From Cyanophora paradoxa CCMP329 (lineage: Eukaryota; Plantae; Glaucophyta), in the NCBI GenBank assembly GCA_004431415.1, contig QPMI01000035.1:62001-126000 (forward strand): a stretch of 64,000 nucleotides of DNA, in the 5' to 3' direction. The first letter of the stretch is position 1. Every line of letters starts with the position of its first letter. A program made the translations under genes and the position numbers. The notes beneath the pieces are model-generated. The model worked only from the letters and a program-made list of their open reading frames with translations, did not search any database and was not told the DNA's origin. This document shows, piece by piece, positions 12,341 through 24,600 of the stretch.

Positions 12341-13737
12341 ATGTGCAAGGGCACGCCCCAGGGCGGGGTGCTCGCCCCGCAACGGAGCTCGGCGTTCGAG
12401 ACTTTCCACGGGTCTCGGGCAGCCAGCATTCTCAAGGATGGCCCGCTGTACACCTACGACCAGGCCGGGCAGCCCTGTCATGTATACGGTCCGTCACTCG
12501 GTGACAGTGTTGCCTGTTGGACGCCGGGACTGCCGCGCGCTGCCGTTCGGGCTCTTCTGACGCTTGTCCTGCCCGCGCAGACGTGAGCACGCCCCCGCGG
12601 CGTCGCACGGACACCCCGATCCCGGTCGACGATGACGGGCCGCCAACAGCCTCGGCTTCGGCCTTGGGGTCACCTGGGCACTCGCTCGGCGAGGTCGCGG
12701 AGGGGACCGCGCCGGCCCAGCCGTCGCCGCTTCTGGGCCTGCTCCATGAACGCCTCTCGTCCCTTCGCCTCCGCGCCTCGCCGGCCGACTCTAGATCTCC
12801 GACTCCGAGCTGCGTCCGTCCGCCCCGCTGCCTCCGCCGCCTTCCCTCCGTCTCCATCTGCCCCCTCGTTCTGCCCGTCTGCCAGGCCAGCCAAAGCATG
12901 CGCGCGGTCCGCGCCCGCCGAGACTCCCCGATGCCCCTGGCCGGCGCCGGCGCCGGCGCGGCCGGGCCGGATCCGGAGCCGACGCACCTGCCGCCCGTCT
13001 GCCCCTGCCCGGTGACCTGCCCACCCTCGGCGAGCCCCCGGAGAACCTCGGCCTCGGCCCCGCCCTCGCCGTCGCTCTCCTGCAGCCCCGCCCCCGTCTG
13101 CACCTGCTCGCTTTGCATCCTCATCGCCGGTGCGCGGCTCGCGTCCGCGCAGCGCCCTCGCCGCGTCGCCGCCCGCCGATCCGCTCCGCAGACGACGAGC
13201 CCTTGAACCGATTGGTCGCGTCCCGGATCTTCAGCTCCCACTGTCCCTCCGCCCACGTCGACGTCGTCCGCGACGGCCAGGTTCGCGCGTACCCCCCTCC
13301 TCTCCGATCCCCCGCCCCTTCTGAATCAACCGGTACCCAGGCGGCGGTCGAGGCGTTCGCGCGGGGGAAGTACGACGCGGCCGTCCTCGACATCGAGATG
13401 CCGTTCCTCACGGGCATCGAGGTACCCCCCCTTCAGAGGACCCTTCCCGTCCCGCCCGGGGCCGACGGGGGCCGGCGCGCGCGCGCAGGCGGCGCGAGCG
13501 ATGCGGCGCAGCGGGAGCGTGGGGCGGGAGGCGCGCCTCGTGGCGTGGAGCTCGGCTCTGGGCCGCGAGGACGGCGTCATGCGGGCCCGCTGCGCCGAGG
13601 CCGCTGCCTTTGACGAGCTCCTGGAGAAGCCGTGCCCCCCCTCCACCCTCTTCGCCCGCACCGTCGCGCCCCTCCGGCACGGCCCCCAGTGCCCCTTCTC
13701 CCACCAGGCCCGCCTGCCCCCTCCCATCGCCCTGTGA
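12341..13737 (+). CDS. Response regulator receiver-domain protein with Pro/Ser-rich N-terminus (multi-exon)
   Basis: Spliced: CILIA|DDEPLNRLVASRIFSSHCPSAHVDVVRDGQ|AAVEAFARGKYDAAVLDIEMPFLTGIE|AARAMRR...LVAWSS...FDELLEKP. The DD, D-x-x-MP and KP motifs are intact. Start is uncertain. Confidence 0.85.
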
Positions 13738-14646
13738 TGAGCCCCAAGGGCTCCCTCTCTCTTTACTTTGCCGCCCCGTGCCGCTATCTATGTACTTTCA
13801 CGCCTTTACATTTCGCGCTTCGCGCAATTTTCCCGGCCGGCTGTGCGAGATTAAACTCCTTTTGATGGAGGAAGATAGTCCGTTTTCGATTTCTATATGC
13901 ATACTTCTTCATGCTGAGTGTTGCATATTTGAGTTTACGAATAGTTGCTTCCCATTTCGCTTGCGCCAGTCCCTGTGCAGTTCCCAGCGGTCCGCGTGGA
14001 TCAGAAGCCCTTAGGCGAGTAGGAGACGTTTCGTGCTGCTTGCTCTGTTGCACAGTCAGCGGCGGCGAAGCTCGCAACCTCCTTCCGTGTACAGACGCTC
14101 ACTTACCAGACCTTCAGGCCGCGAGCGCCGCTCCGGCTCCAATTTTCCCCTATCCCCGCCCAGTCCCGTAGTCCCACGGTCTAGCAAGAACGGACATATA
14201 CAGAAGCTGAGTCTCCATCACAGCCAGCTATTATGCATGATTTCCCCTTCAGTGCTTTCACCGAGTCAGGCTCTTTTAATCATTTAAGTGGTAGTTCTGC
14301 TTTCGTTTACGCTGCCCCGCATTCGATTTTGTTGCCATAATATTCCTTGCAACTGACGTCCCAACGTCTATTTCTGTAATCAGGCTTGCGCGCACTAGTT
14401 TATCTCGCGGCCTCGCAATGTGTATGTGTGTATGCATCACCTAGCCGGGATGTGTATACGTGTAATACGTATACGTAGCGCTCTGGATTCAATTACGCAG
14501 TCCGATGCATATGATCGGTATTCGCCCCAAGTTCTCCAGGGGCCGGGATCCGGGATCGAAAATGACGCAAAAAGCGACTCAAATTAAACACACAAGCTAG
14601 CATCCGGCCCCGGGCTCGAGCTCCGGCCGGGCTCCGGGGGCTATAG

Positions 14647-17312
14647 CTAGGCGGCGCCCCCCGAACTCGAATTCGAAGGGGCCCGCCCCGGGTACGATGC
14701 GGCGATCTCTGCAAGGACGCTCATTGGCGCGTCGGTCTTGAGGCCCGCCTGTCGGTCCACGTGCGTCCCGCTCGCCTGGTAGCCCCGCGCCCGCAGCTCC
14801 TCCACCAGGTACCCCCGCGGGGGGCAGCAGACCCCGCCCGCCCGCGCGATCTGGCCCCACGGACGTCAACGTCGACCCTCGGGCGCGTGCGGCGCCGCGC
14901 GACGCGAGGACCCGGCCCAAGCGCTAGCGCACCTTTCCTACGTCGTAGTAGTACGGGACGGGGCGGGAGCAGGAGCCCGGGCGAGCCCAGCCGGGGCGCT
15001 GCAGGGGGTCCAGCTGCAGTCCGCCCGCTGTACCCCCCTCCCCGCCCTGCTCCGGCCTCTCCTCCGGGGCGCAGGCGGCCGTGTCACACTCATCGCGCAT
15101 CGAAAGAAGTACGCGGCGGGCCTCCGAGCCCGGGCCCGCGAAGCTGTACCCCCGCCCGATCGTGAGGCCGAGGGCGCGCCGGCGGGCCGGGCGGGGGGTA
15201 TAGGGGCGCGCGTCTCGGCGAAGGCGGGGGTAGAGCACTCGGCGAGCATCGCGTCCAGCACCCCCGCGTCGTGCAGCGGGCCTAGAACGTTCACGCCGCG
15301 TGAGGCCGGCGCCTTGGGCCGCGAGCCGTGGGCGGTGGGCCGTGGGCCGGGGCCGTGGCGCGGGGCGCGCACCGAGCCACATCGGGCCGCTGACGTAGAT
15401 GCCGTCCCCGCCGTCGGCCCGCTTCGGAGTCTCCCCGCGGGCCGCGCAGTCTGGGCAACACACCTGCGCCCCGGCCCGCCCACTCACTTAGTAAGGGCCG
15501 CGCGGCACAAGCAGCGGGGTACGCGAGAGGCGCGGCGCACGGCCCCGAGGCGCTTCCAGGGTACGACGGAGAACGTCCCGCAGGCGAGGCAGTGGGCCAG
15601 GAAGCCGTACAGGTCCGGGCGCCACGGCTGCGAGACGGGCCGGGCGTGAGGCGCCGGCCGGGGGTAGGGGTGTAACTAAGTAAGAGAGGGGTACGCACGG
15701 CGGCGCCGCGCGGCAGCACGCGGAACATGATTCGGTATGTACCCCGGAGGAAGAGGGAGAAGAGGGGGGAGAGGCCGAGGCCCCGGGACTGCGCCTGCTG
15801 CATCGCGTACCCCGCCGTCATTCGCAGGCCCTGCTCGTTCACCTGTACCCGGGTGGGCGAGTCAGAGGGGGAGGCGCGGCGGGGCGCGGCGCGGCGGGCG
15901 GGCGCCGCGCACGGCGCCGTGGGACCGCCCGAAGCTCGCTGCCCGGCCGAGCGAGCGCCCGGTCAGCGCCGCCGCCGCCCGCTGCCCTCTGCTACACTAC
16001 TCGACCACGGACCGTACATGCGGGGCCCGTCGTGGGCGTTGACGCCGGCCGGCGCCCGGCTCTCCGTGCTCGTCACGTAGAGCAGGCCCCCGAACCTGGC
16101 CCCGGGGCCGGGGCGCCCACCTCAGGCTAGCTAGCTGCGTCAACGGCGCAGGGCGATGGCCTGGACTAGCCAAGAAGAGCTCAGATCAGATCTTGGGGGC
16201 TAGCGCTAGGCCGGGGCGGACCGGGCTAGCGCTAGGCCGAGAGAGGCTCGATTTGGAGAGAGGCTCAGGCTAGCTTAAGCCCCAGGGCGGTCGGCTTGGG
16301 CCGGCTACGGCTACGGGCTAGCCGAGGCGGGCCGCGCGCGCGCGCGCACCGGACGGCGTAGGGGGCGGTGGAGAAGAACTCGCCGGGGCAGCCGAAGGCG
16401 TCCACGTCGACCACGTCGAAGAGGTCGCCCTCCAGGTGGCACCGCATCAGCAGCCTGCGCGCACGCCCGGGGCGGCCCGGCTTAGAAGGGCTTGAACTTG
16501 GTCTCTGGATGAGAAGGGCGGGCGGGCGGGCGGGCGGCGCGCTTGGTGGCGTTCGCGCTGGTGGCGCGGACGGTCGGGCCGAGCTGCAGGTCCGCCCCCT
16601 CGTGCTCCCTGGGCGGGCGCGCGGCGAGGGCGCTCCAGAGCTCCTCGGGGGCCCCGGCGAGGGGCGCCAGGTTGCGGATCAGATTGGGGAAGTGCTCGCA
16701 GTTGCCCTCGTTGCTCGTCAGGGAGGTCGCGCCGGCCTCCTTCACGTACCGCAGGCCGCGGATCCCCGACCCGGCCATCAGATCCAGAACGCGAAGGTCC
16801 CCGCCCCCGCTGGCCGGTACCGGTCAGCCGGCGCCCGCGCGCGCAGCTGCGGTGCCGGAGACAGCGAGCGCACCGCTCCTTTTTGTGCGCAGCTGCCGGG
16901 GCGCTCGCGATCAGCTCCAATCGCAGGCGCGCGGCCGCGAGGGTCTCGCGTGCGGGGGCGCACCGACGCAAAGGACGCCCAGGTCGCGGCTGAGCCTATT
17001 GAGCGGCCTGTAGAAGGCCCGGCTCATCCAGAAGTCCGTTGCGCCCTCGCGAATCAGCTCCTCCTCGTCAAGCGGCAGCGCGCTCTTGCTGCCGCTAGGC
17101 CTGGCGCTCGCGCTGCAGCCGGAGGGTGCCGGGGCGCTCCTCGGTGCAGCAGTATGGATGGTCCTTTTGCTAAGCAGCGTGCCCAACACCGCCGATCCTG
17201 TCCAGCGCCTCCGGATGCGCTCCAGCCTGCACACGCTTGGAACGCCGCGATCGGCGACTCGCTCCACAGTCTCCCGCGCTCGCAGCGCTGGCATCGCGTA
17301 CAGGAACGCCAT
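14647..17312 (-). CDS. TRM1: tRNA (guanine26-N2)-dimethyltransferase Trm1, cyanobacterial-like, with N-terminal extension (multi-exon)
   Basis: Motifs IREG..FYRP..RLSRDLGVL, RVLDLMAGSGIRGLRY, SNEGN, FDVVDVDAFG, GGLLYVTSTE, NEQGLR, CLAC...CPDC, SGPMWLG|PLHD, ASGTH...GLKTDAP. ATG at 17312 (MAFLYAMPALR), stop at 14647-14649. Confidence 0.88.
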
Positions 17313-17589
17313 CTGAGGCGCCGCGTGCCGGGTTGGCCAGCTCGGCCCCAATTTGATCGCGCTCGCCCGAACACGCCGGGCTTCTTCCGCGAGTCTGGCT
17401 TGTTCCTCTGCCCCGCCTACCCCTACGGGCCCTACCGGACTACGCGTGCACTCGCTGCGGCTGCTGCAGCTGTTCCAGTCCTGGAGGGAGGCCACGAAAT
17501 TTCTGCCCCTCTATACCCCCCTCAGCATACGCGCTATTACGCGCCACAATCGACGAATGCTCGAACGGCTCGTGCGATAGCTCTTAGCT

Positions 17590-20521
17590 ATGCCAGGGAA
17601 ATGGCGCGGCGTGCGGGCGGAAGGCGAGCGCACGCCATGCGAGAGGCGCGGGCATTCTGCGACAGCGGCGGGGAGCCGGATCGTCATCTTCGGTGGAAAC
17701 GACCACGATGTGTTCTTCGATGACCTCTACGTGCTCGAACTTGGTGCGCGTGCCCGCTCGCTCCACACGCTCGTCCCCCCCCTCACCGCACAGGTCCCGC
17801 AGCGCCGGAGCGGACGCCGCGCTGGATCCACGTCGCGAACTCGCCCGTGGAGATGGCGCCGAGCCCCCGCCGCGGGCACTCCGCGACGCTGGTCGGCAAC
17901 AAGATCATCGTTTTCGGGGGCGTCGGGCCCGACGCGCAGCTCCACAACGACCTGCACATCCTGGACCTCGGTGCGAGCCCCGTCCCCGCTCGCTCCTCCC
18001 CCGCGCGCCCGCGCTCCAGCCGGCCGACGGCCCGGCGCCCCGCGCAGACTCGCTGACCTGGTCCCTGCCGACGGGCGTCGGGGGCGCGCCGCCGACGGGG
18101 CGGTACGGGCACACCGCGACGCTGGTCGGCAACAAGATTGTCATCTTCGGCGGGTCCGGAGACGCCGTGTACAACGACCTGCACGTCCTCGACCTGCGTG
18201 CGCACGCTTGCCACACAAGCTTAGCTGCTCAGCCTCGCCACTTGGCTTAGCCACTCGGCCGACGCGCAGGGCGGATGGCGTGGTACGAGGCGCAGTGCAG
18301 CGGGAAGCCGCCGAGCCCGCGGTGCGGGCACACGGCGAGCCTCGTCGGGCGCCGCCTGGTCGTCTTCGGGGGCGGCGGGCAGGAGGACTGCGAGGCCCGC
18401 TTCTTCTCCGATACCCACCTCCTCGACACCGGTACCCCCTTCCTGCCCCGTCCCCTCGCCTCGACTCTGACGCGGGCGACGCGCCAGACTCGATGGCGTG
18501 GTCCGTCGCGGAGCTGGGGCCGGGCTCGGGCCCGCCGCCGTCGCCGCGGCGGGCGCACACGGCGACGGCCGTGGCGGGGCGCGTGCTGGTCTTCGGCGGG
18601 GGCGGCGGCGAGGCCGGCGGCGACCTCTATAACGACCTCCACCTCTTCGACCTCGGTCCGTAGAACCCGAGCCGGGCCGAGCCGAGCCGAGCCGAGCCGA
18701 GCGGGCGGGCGGGCGGGCGGGCGCAGACGGGATGCGGTGGAGCCTGGTGCCGGATCCCGAGGGCGACGTGCCCGAGCCCCGGTGCGGCGGCCGCCCGCGC
18801 CCACGCCCGCGCCCCGCCCCTCGCGCCCCGCCCCGCGCCCTCGGATCGAGCTGGGCGCAGGCTGAACCACACGGCGGCGGCGTGCGGGGGCGAGCTCGTC
18901 GTCTTCGCCGGCGGCCGCAAGGACGGCGGCCGCTCCTACAACTCCCTCTTCGCCCTCGACCTCCGTGCGCCCGCCCCGGCGGCCCGCGGCCCGCGGCCAG
19001 TGGACCCGCCGCTGACTCGGGCCCCGGCCGGCCAGTGTCACTCACGGAGTGCATCCGGGTGTGCCGGGGCCCGCTGGGGCCGTCGCCCCCCTGGACGCCT
19101 CCGCTCTCGCCCCGTACGCCGCCGCCGCGCCGGACTGGAGGTGGCCCGAGGACGGCGCCGGCCCGGGCCCGCCGCCCCCGCCCCGCCGGATCGGGAGGCG
19201 CCGCCCGGCTGCCCGCCCTTCGACGCGGTCGTGCGGGCGCGGGACGGGACGGAGCTGGGGGCCCACCGGGCCGTCCTGGCGGCCGGCTGCGGCGTCTTCG
19301 CGTCGATGCTCTCGAGCGGGATGCGCGAGGCGCGCGCCGGCGTGCTCGAGCTCGACGAGTCCGGCCCCGTCGCCGCCGCGCTCCTGCGGTTCCTCTACGC
19401 AGGCGGGGCCGCGGGACCGGCCCCCGCCGCCCTCGCCCCCGATCTGCTCCGCCTCTCCGACCTCTACCAACTCGATCGCCTCGCCTGGCGCGCCCCGCCC
19501 CGCCCCGCCCCGCCCCGCCCCGCCGCCCCGCCCAGCCCTGGGCTCAACGCCCCTCCGCCCCTCCGCGCCTCGGCCGCGCATCCTAGAGAACTGTTAATCG
19601 TCAAACCATAGAGCGACTGCCCCGCCCCGCCGCCCCGCCCCGCCCAGCCCCGCCCTCGGCTAAACTTGGCGCAACGCTTCTCCGCGCCTCCGCCGCGCAG
19701 GTACGCCAACGTGAGCGCCCGGCGCGGCCTCGACGCGTGGAGCGCGACCCCGCTCCTCCGCGCCGCCCTCGCCCTCGACGGTCCTACCCCGCCCCCGCCC
19801 CCGCCACGCCGCCCCCGCCCGCCCACGCCGACCCGCCCTCAGCAGCAGACGACCTGGCCGACCTGGCGCTGCGGGCCGTCCTGGAGAACGTCCAGGCCGT
19901 CTTCGCCCAGGCGCGCGCGCCGCCCGCCGAGAGGAAATCGAGGGCCTAGGGCCTAGCTTAGATAAATATCCGCTCGATAAATATAAATCTTAGATAGCTG
20001 AGATACCCGCCTAGCTTAGCTTAGATAAATCTCCGCTCGGCTTCGAACTCTCGTCGCTAACGATTTTGTTCGCAGGAGTCGTTCGCGCAGCTGGCGGCCT
20101 CGGGCGAGCTCGAGCCGCTGCTGGCGGCCGCCCCGCCCCGCGCCTTCGTCCTCGCCGCCATCCTCCTCCACCGCCTCCGCCCGGGCCCCTCCGGCGCCCG
20201 CGGCGGCGGCTCCCGCACGCCCACCGCCTCCGCCTCCGCCTCCCCGCGCCCCGCACCCGCCCGCGCCGCCTCGCCCGCCGCGCCCGCCCTCGCTCCGCCC
20301 CGCCCCCGCCCCGCCTCGGCTCGGCGTCCCGCCCGGAGCCCGCCCCCTCGCCCACCACTGCCCAGCGCTCCGACCAATTCTGGGCGCCCCCGGGCGCCTT
20401 CGCGCCCGGGCCCGCCGGCCACCAGCCGGGCGCCCCGCGGCAGGAGGCGCGGTGCCCCTGCCGGGAGGCCCCGCCCCCCGCGCCCGAGCCGCCCCGCCTC
20501 GCCGGGAAGCGCCCGCGATGA
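17590..20521 (+). CDS. Kelch-repeat + BTB/POZ protein (multi-exon)
   Basis: About 6 kelch blades (RRGHSAT..GSRIVIFGG...FDDLYVL; PSPRRGHSATLVGNKIIVFGG...HNDLHILD, etc.), then BTB FDAVVRARDGTELGAHRAVLAAGCGVFASMLSSGMREA...LLRFLY...LLRLSDLYQL. The 3' end is approximate. Confidence 0.85.
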
Positions 20522-21623
20522 CAGGGCCCGGCCCCGGGTACAAGCTCAAGCTCGAGCTCGAGCGCCCGGCGGCCTCTTAGCTTCTCGTGCACGTGTCTGT
20601 AATTATATGTAATCCCGCGGATATCGACGAGCGCGCGCAGCCTCAGGCCCTGGGAGGCAGGGTTAACGTTTGCCGCATGAGCGCGTGCCACTGGCCACGG
20701 TGCGTGTGCTTCCGGATCCAGCCTGGCAGGCATTAAAAATTGACTCAGTGAAGAGTCTCACGGCGAATCGATCGAACTCGTGTCACCGTGTCACGTGCAC
20801 GGCGTTGATTTGAAACTGGAGACGAGCGCGGACGGCTCCAGGTTCAAACGGATCGGATGCCCAGTGGGTGGCGGCGGGGTGGCCCAGCTGCAGTGGCCAG
20901 TCTGCACCGCCTGACGGCAGTGAAATGTATTTGTAATATATCATAGTATCCGATTTGCCAAGTTGAACTCCCGAGTCGAAAAACTTGAAACGGCAGGGCG
21001 AACCCCCCGTGGGTAGTAATATTAAAAGAGAACACAGCAATCGCAAATCAAAGAAATCGCAGGCAATCGCAAGACATACTCAGTGACTATGGTATATGAT
21101 GCTCAAGAGGCCTAGGGATCGGATCACGACAAGGGACACGATCACGAGGACGGAAGAGATAAGGAGAACGAGCACGAGAAGAAGCGGTAGTAGAGCTCGA
21201 GGACACAGCAGGTACACTAGAGGTACACTAGAACCCACCGAAGTCTTCAAACAAAATCTCTACATCATGGCATCCTTATAATTGTAAATACATCTAGAAC
21301 TGCGGTAAGGCAAAACTGCGGCAAGGCATTGCGACATACAACTGCTCGCTAGGCGAAGAAAACGTCCATACGCCCTATCACTCCACACGAAAGAAACCGG
21401 GGGGGTTAGACCTGCTTGCAACGAGATCTAAGCCTAGGGCTTGGACGGGCCTAGGACGCGCCTCCGCCCGGCGCCGGCCGCAGCTCGAGCGGGGGAAGGC
21501 GCCTGTTGGCGGCCGGCGACGTCGGCTCTATCGAGTCCCGCCGCCCCGGAGGCGGCGGCCGCGACGGTGGCGGCGGTGGGGGCGGCTGCGGCGCCGCCGC
21601 GCGCGCCTTCTCCTCGGCCTCGC

Positions 21624-24600
21624 CTAGGCGCGGGGCGGCGGCGGCGGGGACCGCTGCGGAGCCGAAGCGCTCGAGGACGCGCAGGAGGACGGCGCGCGTC
21701 TGCGGCGCGCGGCCGTCAGCCAGCCAGCCAGAGGGGGCGGAGGGGGGGAAGCGGGGGGGGGGGAGGGGGGGGAGGAGGGCACGATCCTGCGCGCAGCGCG
21801 CGTCAGCTGCAGAGGGGGCAAAGAGGGGGGGGGGGGGGAGGGGCGCACGGCTTCTGTATGTCTGCAGGGTATAACGAATTCGAAGCGGGGCGGGGCGGGC
21901 GGGGCGCGGCAGGTCGCGGTCAGAAACAAGCGCGGGCGGGGCGAGAAGGGGAGGGGGGGGTAAGACGAACGGTCGTCCATGCCGGCCTCGAACGAGGCCT
22001 CGCGGTCACTGAAGGCGGTGCACGCTGAAACAAAGGTCAGAGGCGCGGCGCGGCGCGGCGAGGCCGGGCGGGCGGGCGGGCGGGCGGCGGCGGACCGACG
22101 ATGGGGTGGGGCGCGCGCCGGGGACGCCGGCGTCCCCCGCCCCCGCCGCGGCCGCGGCCGTCGCCTCCTCCTCCCGGATGCGCCGCGCCGCCTCCCGCCC
22201 GTCCAGTACCGGCATCGCGATGTCCCTGAATCCGAAGGAAATGAGGAAGAACGAAGAATGAAGAATGAAGAAGAGGGGGCGCTGTCTGAGCCGACATGAG
22301 GATGAGGGAGTAGGGGCGGGCGGCGCGGCGGGCCCGGCGGAAGGCCTCGAGGGCCTCCTGGCCGTCCGCGGCCGTCTCCACCTCGTGGCCCTCCCGCCGC
22401 ACGAACCCGCACAGCACCCGCCGGTTCATCTGAGCGGGGGCGGGGGTCAGGGGGGGGGTGAGGGGGATGGGAGGGGGGTACGCGTGCCTCGACGTCGTCG
22501 ACGACGAGCACCCGCATGGAGGGGGGGAGGAGGAGGGGCCGGGGGCGGCCCCGGGGTACGCAGGCCCTTCCGCCGCTGCCGGCACAGCTGCCGGCGCCGG
22601 CGCCGGGACGGGAGAAGGGGCAGGGCCCGTCCCGGCGGCGGCAGCAGCAGCGGCGGCGGCAGCGGCGGCGGATGAGGCTGGAGGGAAGCGGGCGGGTCCC
22701 AGGGGCGCGGGTAGCCGGTCGTCGGAAGAGGACGGGGCGGAGGAGTCGGTGGGGGAGGAGGAGGGGGGCGGCGGCGCGGCGGCGGCGCGGGGCAGCGGGG
22801 AGACGGCGGCCGGGGGCCGGACGGCCTCCAGGCGGGCCAGCAAAAGGTTCTGCGGGAGCAGGGCGGGCGAACGACGTCAAAACAAAGGGAAGAGATAGCT
22901 CCCACTCGTAAATACAGGCTTTCTGGTTCCCCTCTAGCTCCCCTAGCTTTCTGATCGCCCCTAGCTTTCTGAGGCACAAGCTGAGTTTCGCCCAGTTCTA
23001 GCTTTTCGTTTTGACGGATTTATAAAGCGTGGGTTCTTCACCTAGTGCTAGTTTTCTGGTTTACCGGTTCATCTAGTTCTCTTCGAGCTCTCGTCAGTCC
23101 CTGTTGATCCTTCTAGTTCTAGTTCCACCTCTTTTTAGCTTGTTAATGACGCGTTGAAGCGTGCTAGAAGCTATTGTTACAAGCTATTTAAGCCTGTTAA
23201 CGACGCATCTATTCATCTAGCTATAGCTATAGGAGCGGGCGGACCTTGCGGACGGGCTTGGTGAGGAAGAGGTCCATGCCGGCCCGCAGGCACGCCGCCT
23301 CGTCCTCGACGTCGCCGTTGCCGGTGAAGGCGATGACGGGGTGGCGGGGGAGGCCGCGCTCCCGCTCCAGCGCACGGATCGCCTCCGTCGCCTGCGCCGC
23401 CCCGCGCCGCAGCCGCGGACGACGCCGGTTAGGGGGGGAAGAAAATGAAGAATGTGCATGTATGCCGCGGCGGGCGGGCGGGCGGGCGGGCGGGCGGGCG
23501 GCGGGCGGGCGGGCGGGCGGGCGGGCGGGCGGGCGGCGGGCGGGCGGGCGGGCGGCGGGCGGGCGGGCGGGCGGCGTGGGGCGTTGGGCTAGGGCGGGTG
23601 GATGGAAGGACGGGTGGCGTCGGATCGAATCGGATGCTAGGCGGTTAGGGGGGGAAGAGCAAGGGGTATGCCGCGGCGAGCGCGGCGTCGGGTCGGATCG
23701 GCTGCCGGATCGGACGACACTATGGGGCGCGGGCGCGACTCGCCTTGAGGCCGTCCATGACCGGCATGCTACAGTCCATCCTGCCGGGGCGGGGGCGGGG
23801 GCGCCGCGAGGTCAGGCGGGAGCGAGGTCGAAACTCACATCGAATCATCCTCCATATCCATTAACATCCGAAAATCTTTGAGAGCTAGCAACCCTTAACG
23901 CGGCGGGCCCGGGGGCGCACAGGATGGCGTCGAAGAGGTAGCGGCCGGGGGGCGAGGCCGCCGCCGCCGCCCGGAACGCCGCCACCGCCTGCGCCCCCGC
24001 CGGCGGGCCCCGGCCCGGGATCAGCGGGAGGCAGGGAGGGCAGAGCGGAGCTTGCGAGGCTAGCTGGGGCGGCAGCCGGGGAGGCCTCCCCCGCCCCTAT
24101 GCATCGGCCGCGAGCAGCGGCGCGGGGGCCGGGGCGAAGGCGCACGATGGCGCCGTCGGCGGCGGTCTGGGAGGCGTGCCCCGCGTTGCGCAGCGTCGCC
24201 GAGACGATCCGCCGGTTCACCTCGTCGTCTGCGGGGTTGGGAAGGGGCGAGGAGGGTCGGGTCGGGTTGGGACTTGGGACTTGGCTGATTTCTGGGGCGG
24301 GGCAGGGCGAGGGGAGAACTCGGCGGGGCGGGGCGGGGCGGGGCGCCTTAGGCCGAACGGGAATCTCCGGGAATCCGGAGCGGGTGGGGCGCCCGGGACG
24401 ACGCGGGCGGGCTACGATCGAATTTCCCTCTGAAATATCAGAGTCCCGGCCGCCCACCGTCGACGACCAGGAGGAGGGCGGGATGGCGGGGCGGGGCGGG
24501 GCGGGGGGCGAGAGGGGAGCTAGGGGAAACCGGGACGCTGGGAGGCTAGACAGATAGATAGGTAGTTAGATAAATTCAACACTAGAGACTAGATGGAGGC

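Noticed and set aside
21080-21410. Possible solo LTR between the Kelch-BTB and kinase genes
   Set aside because: Composition differs and there is a purine tract, but no second copy, TSD or clear TG...CA boundaries could be established.
23465-23575. (GCGG)n tract and other poly-C/G or (GGGGC)n runs as functional elements
   Set aside because: These are ordinary intronic low-complexity repeats found throughout the host region.
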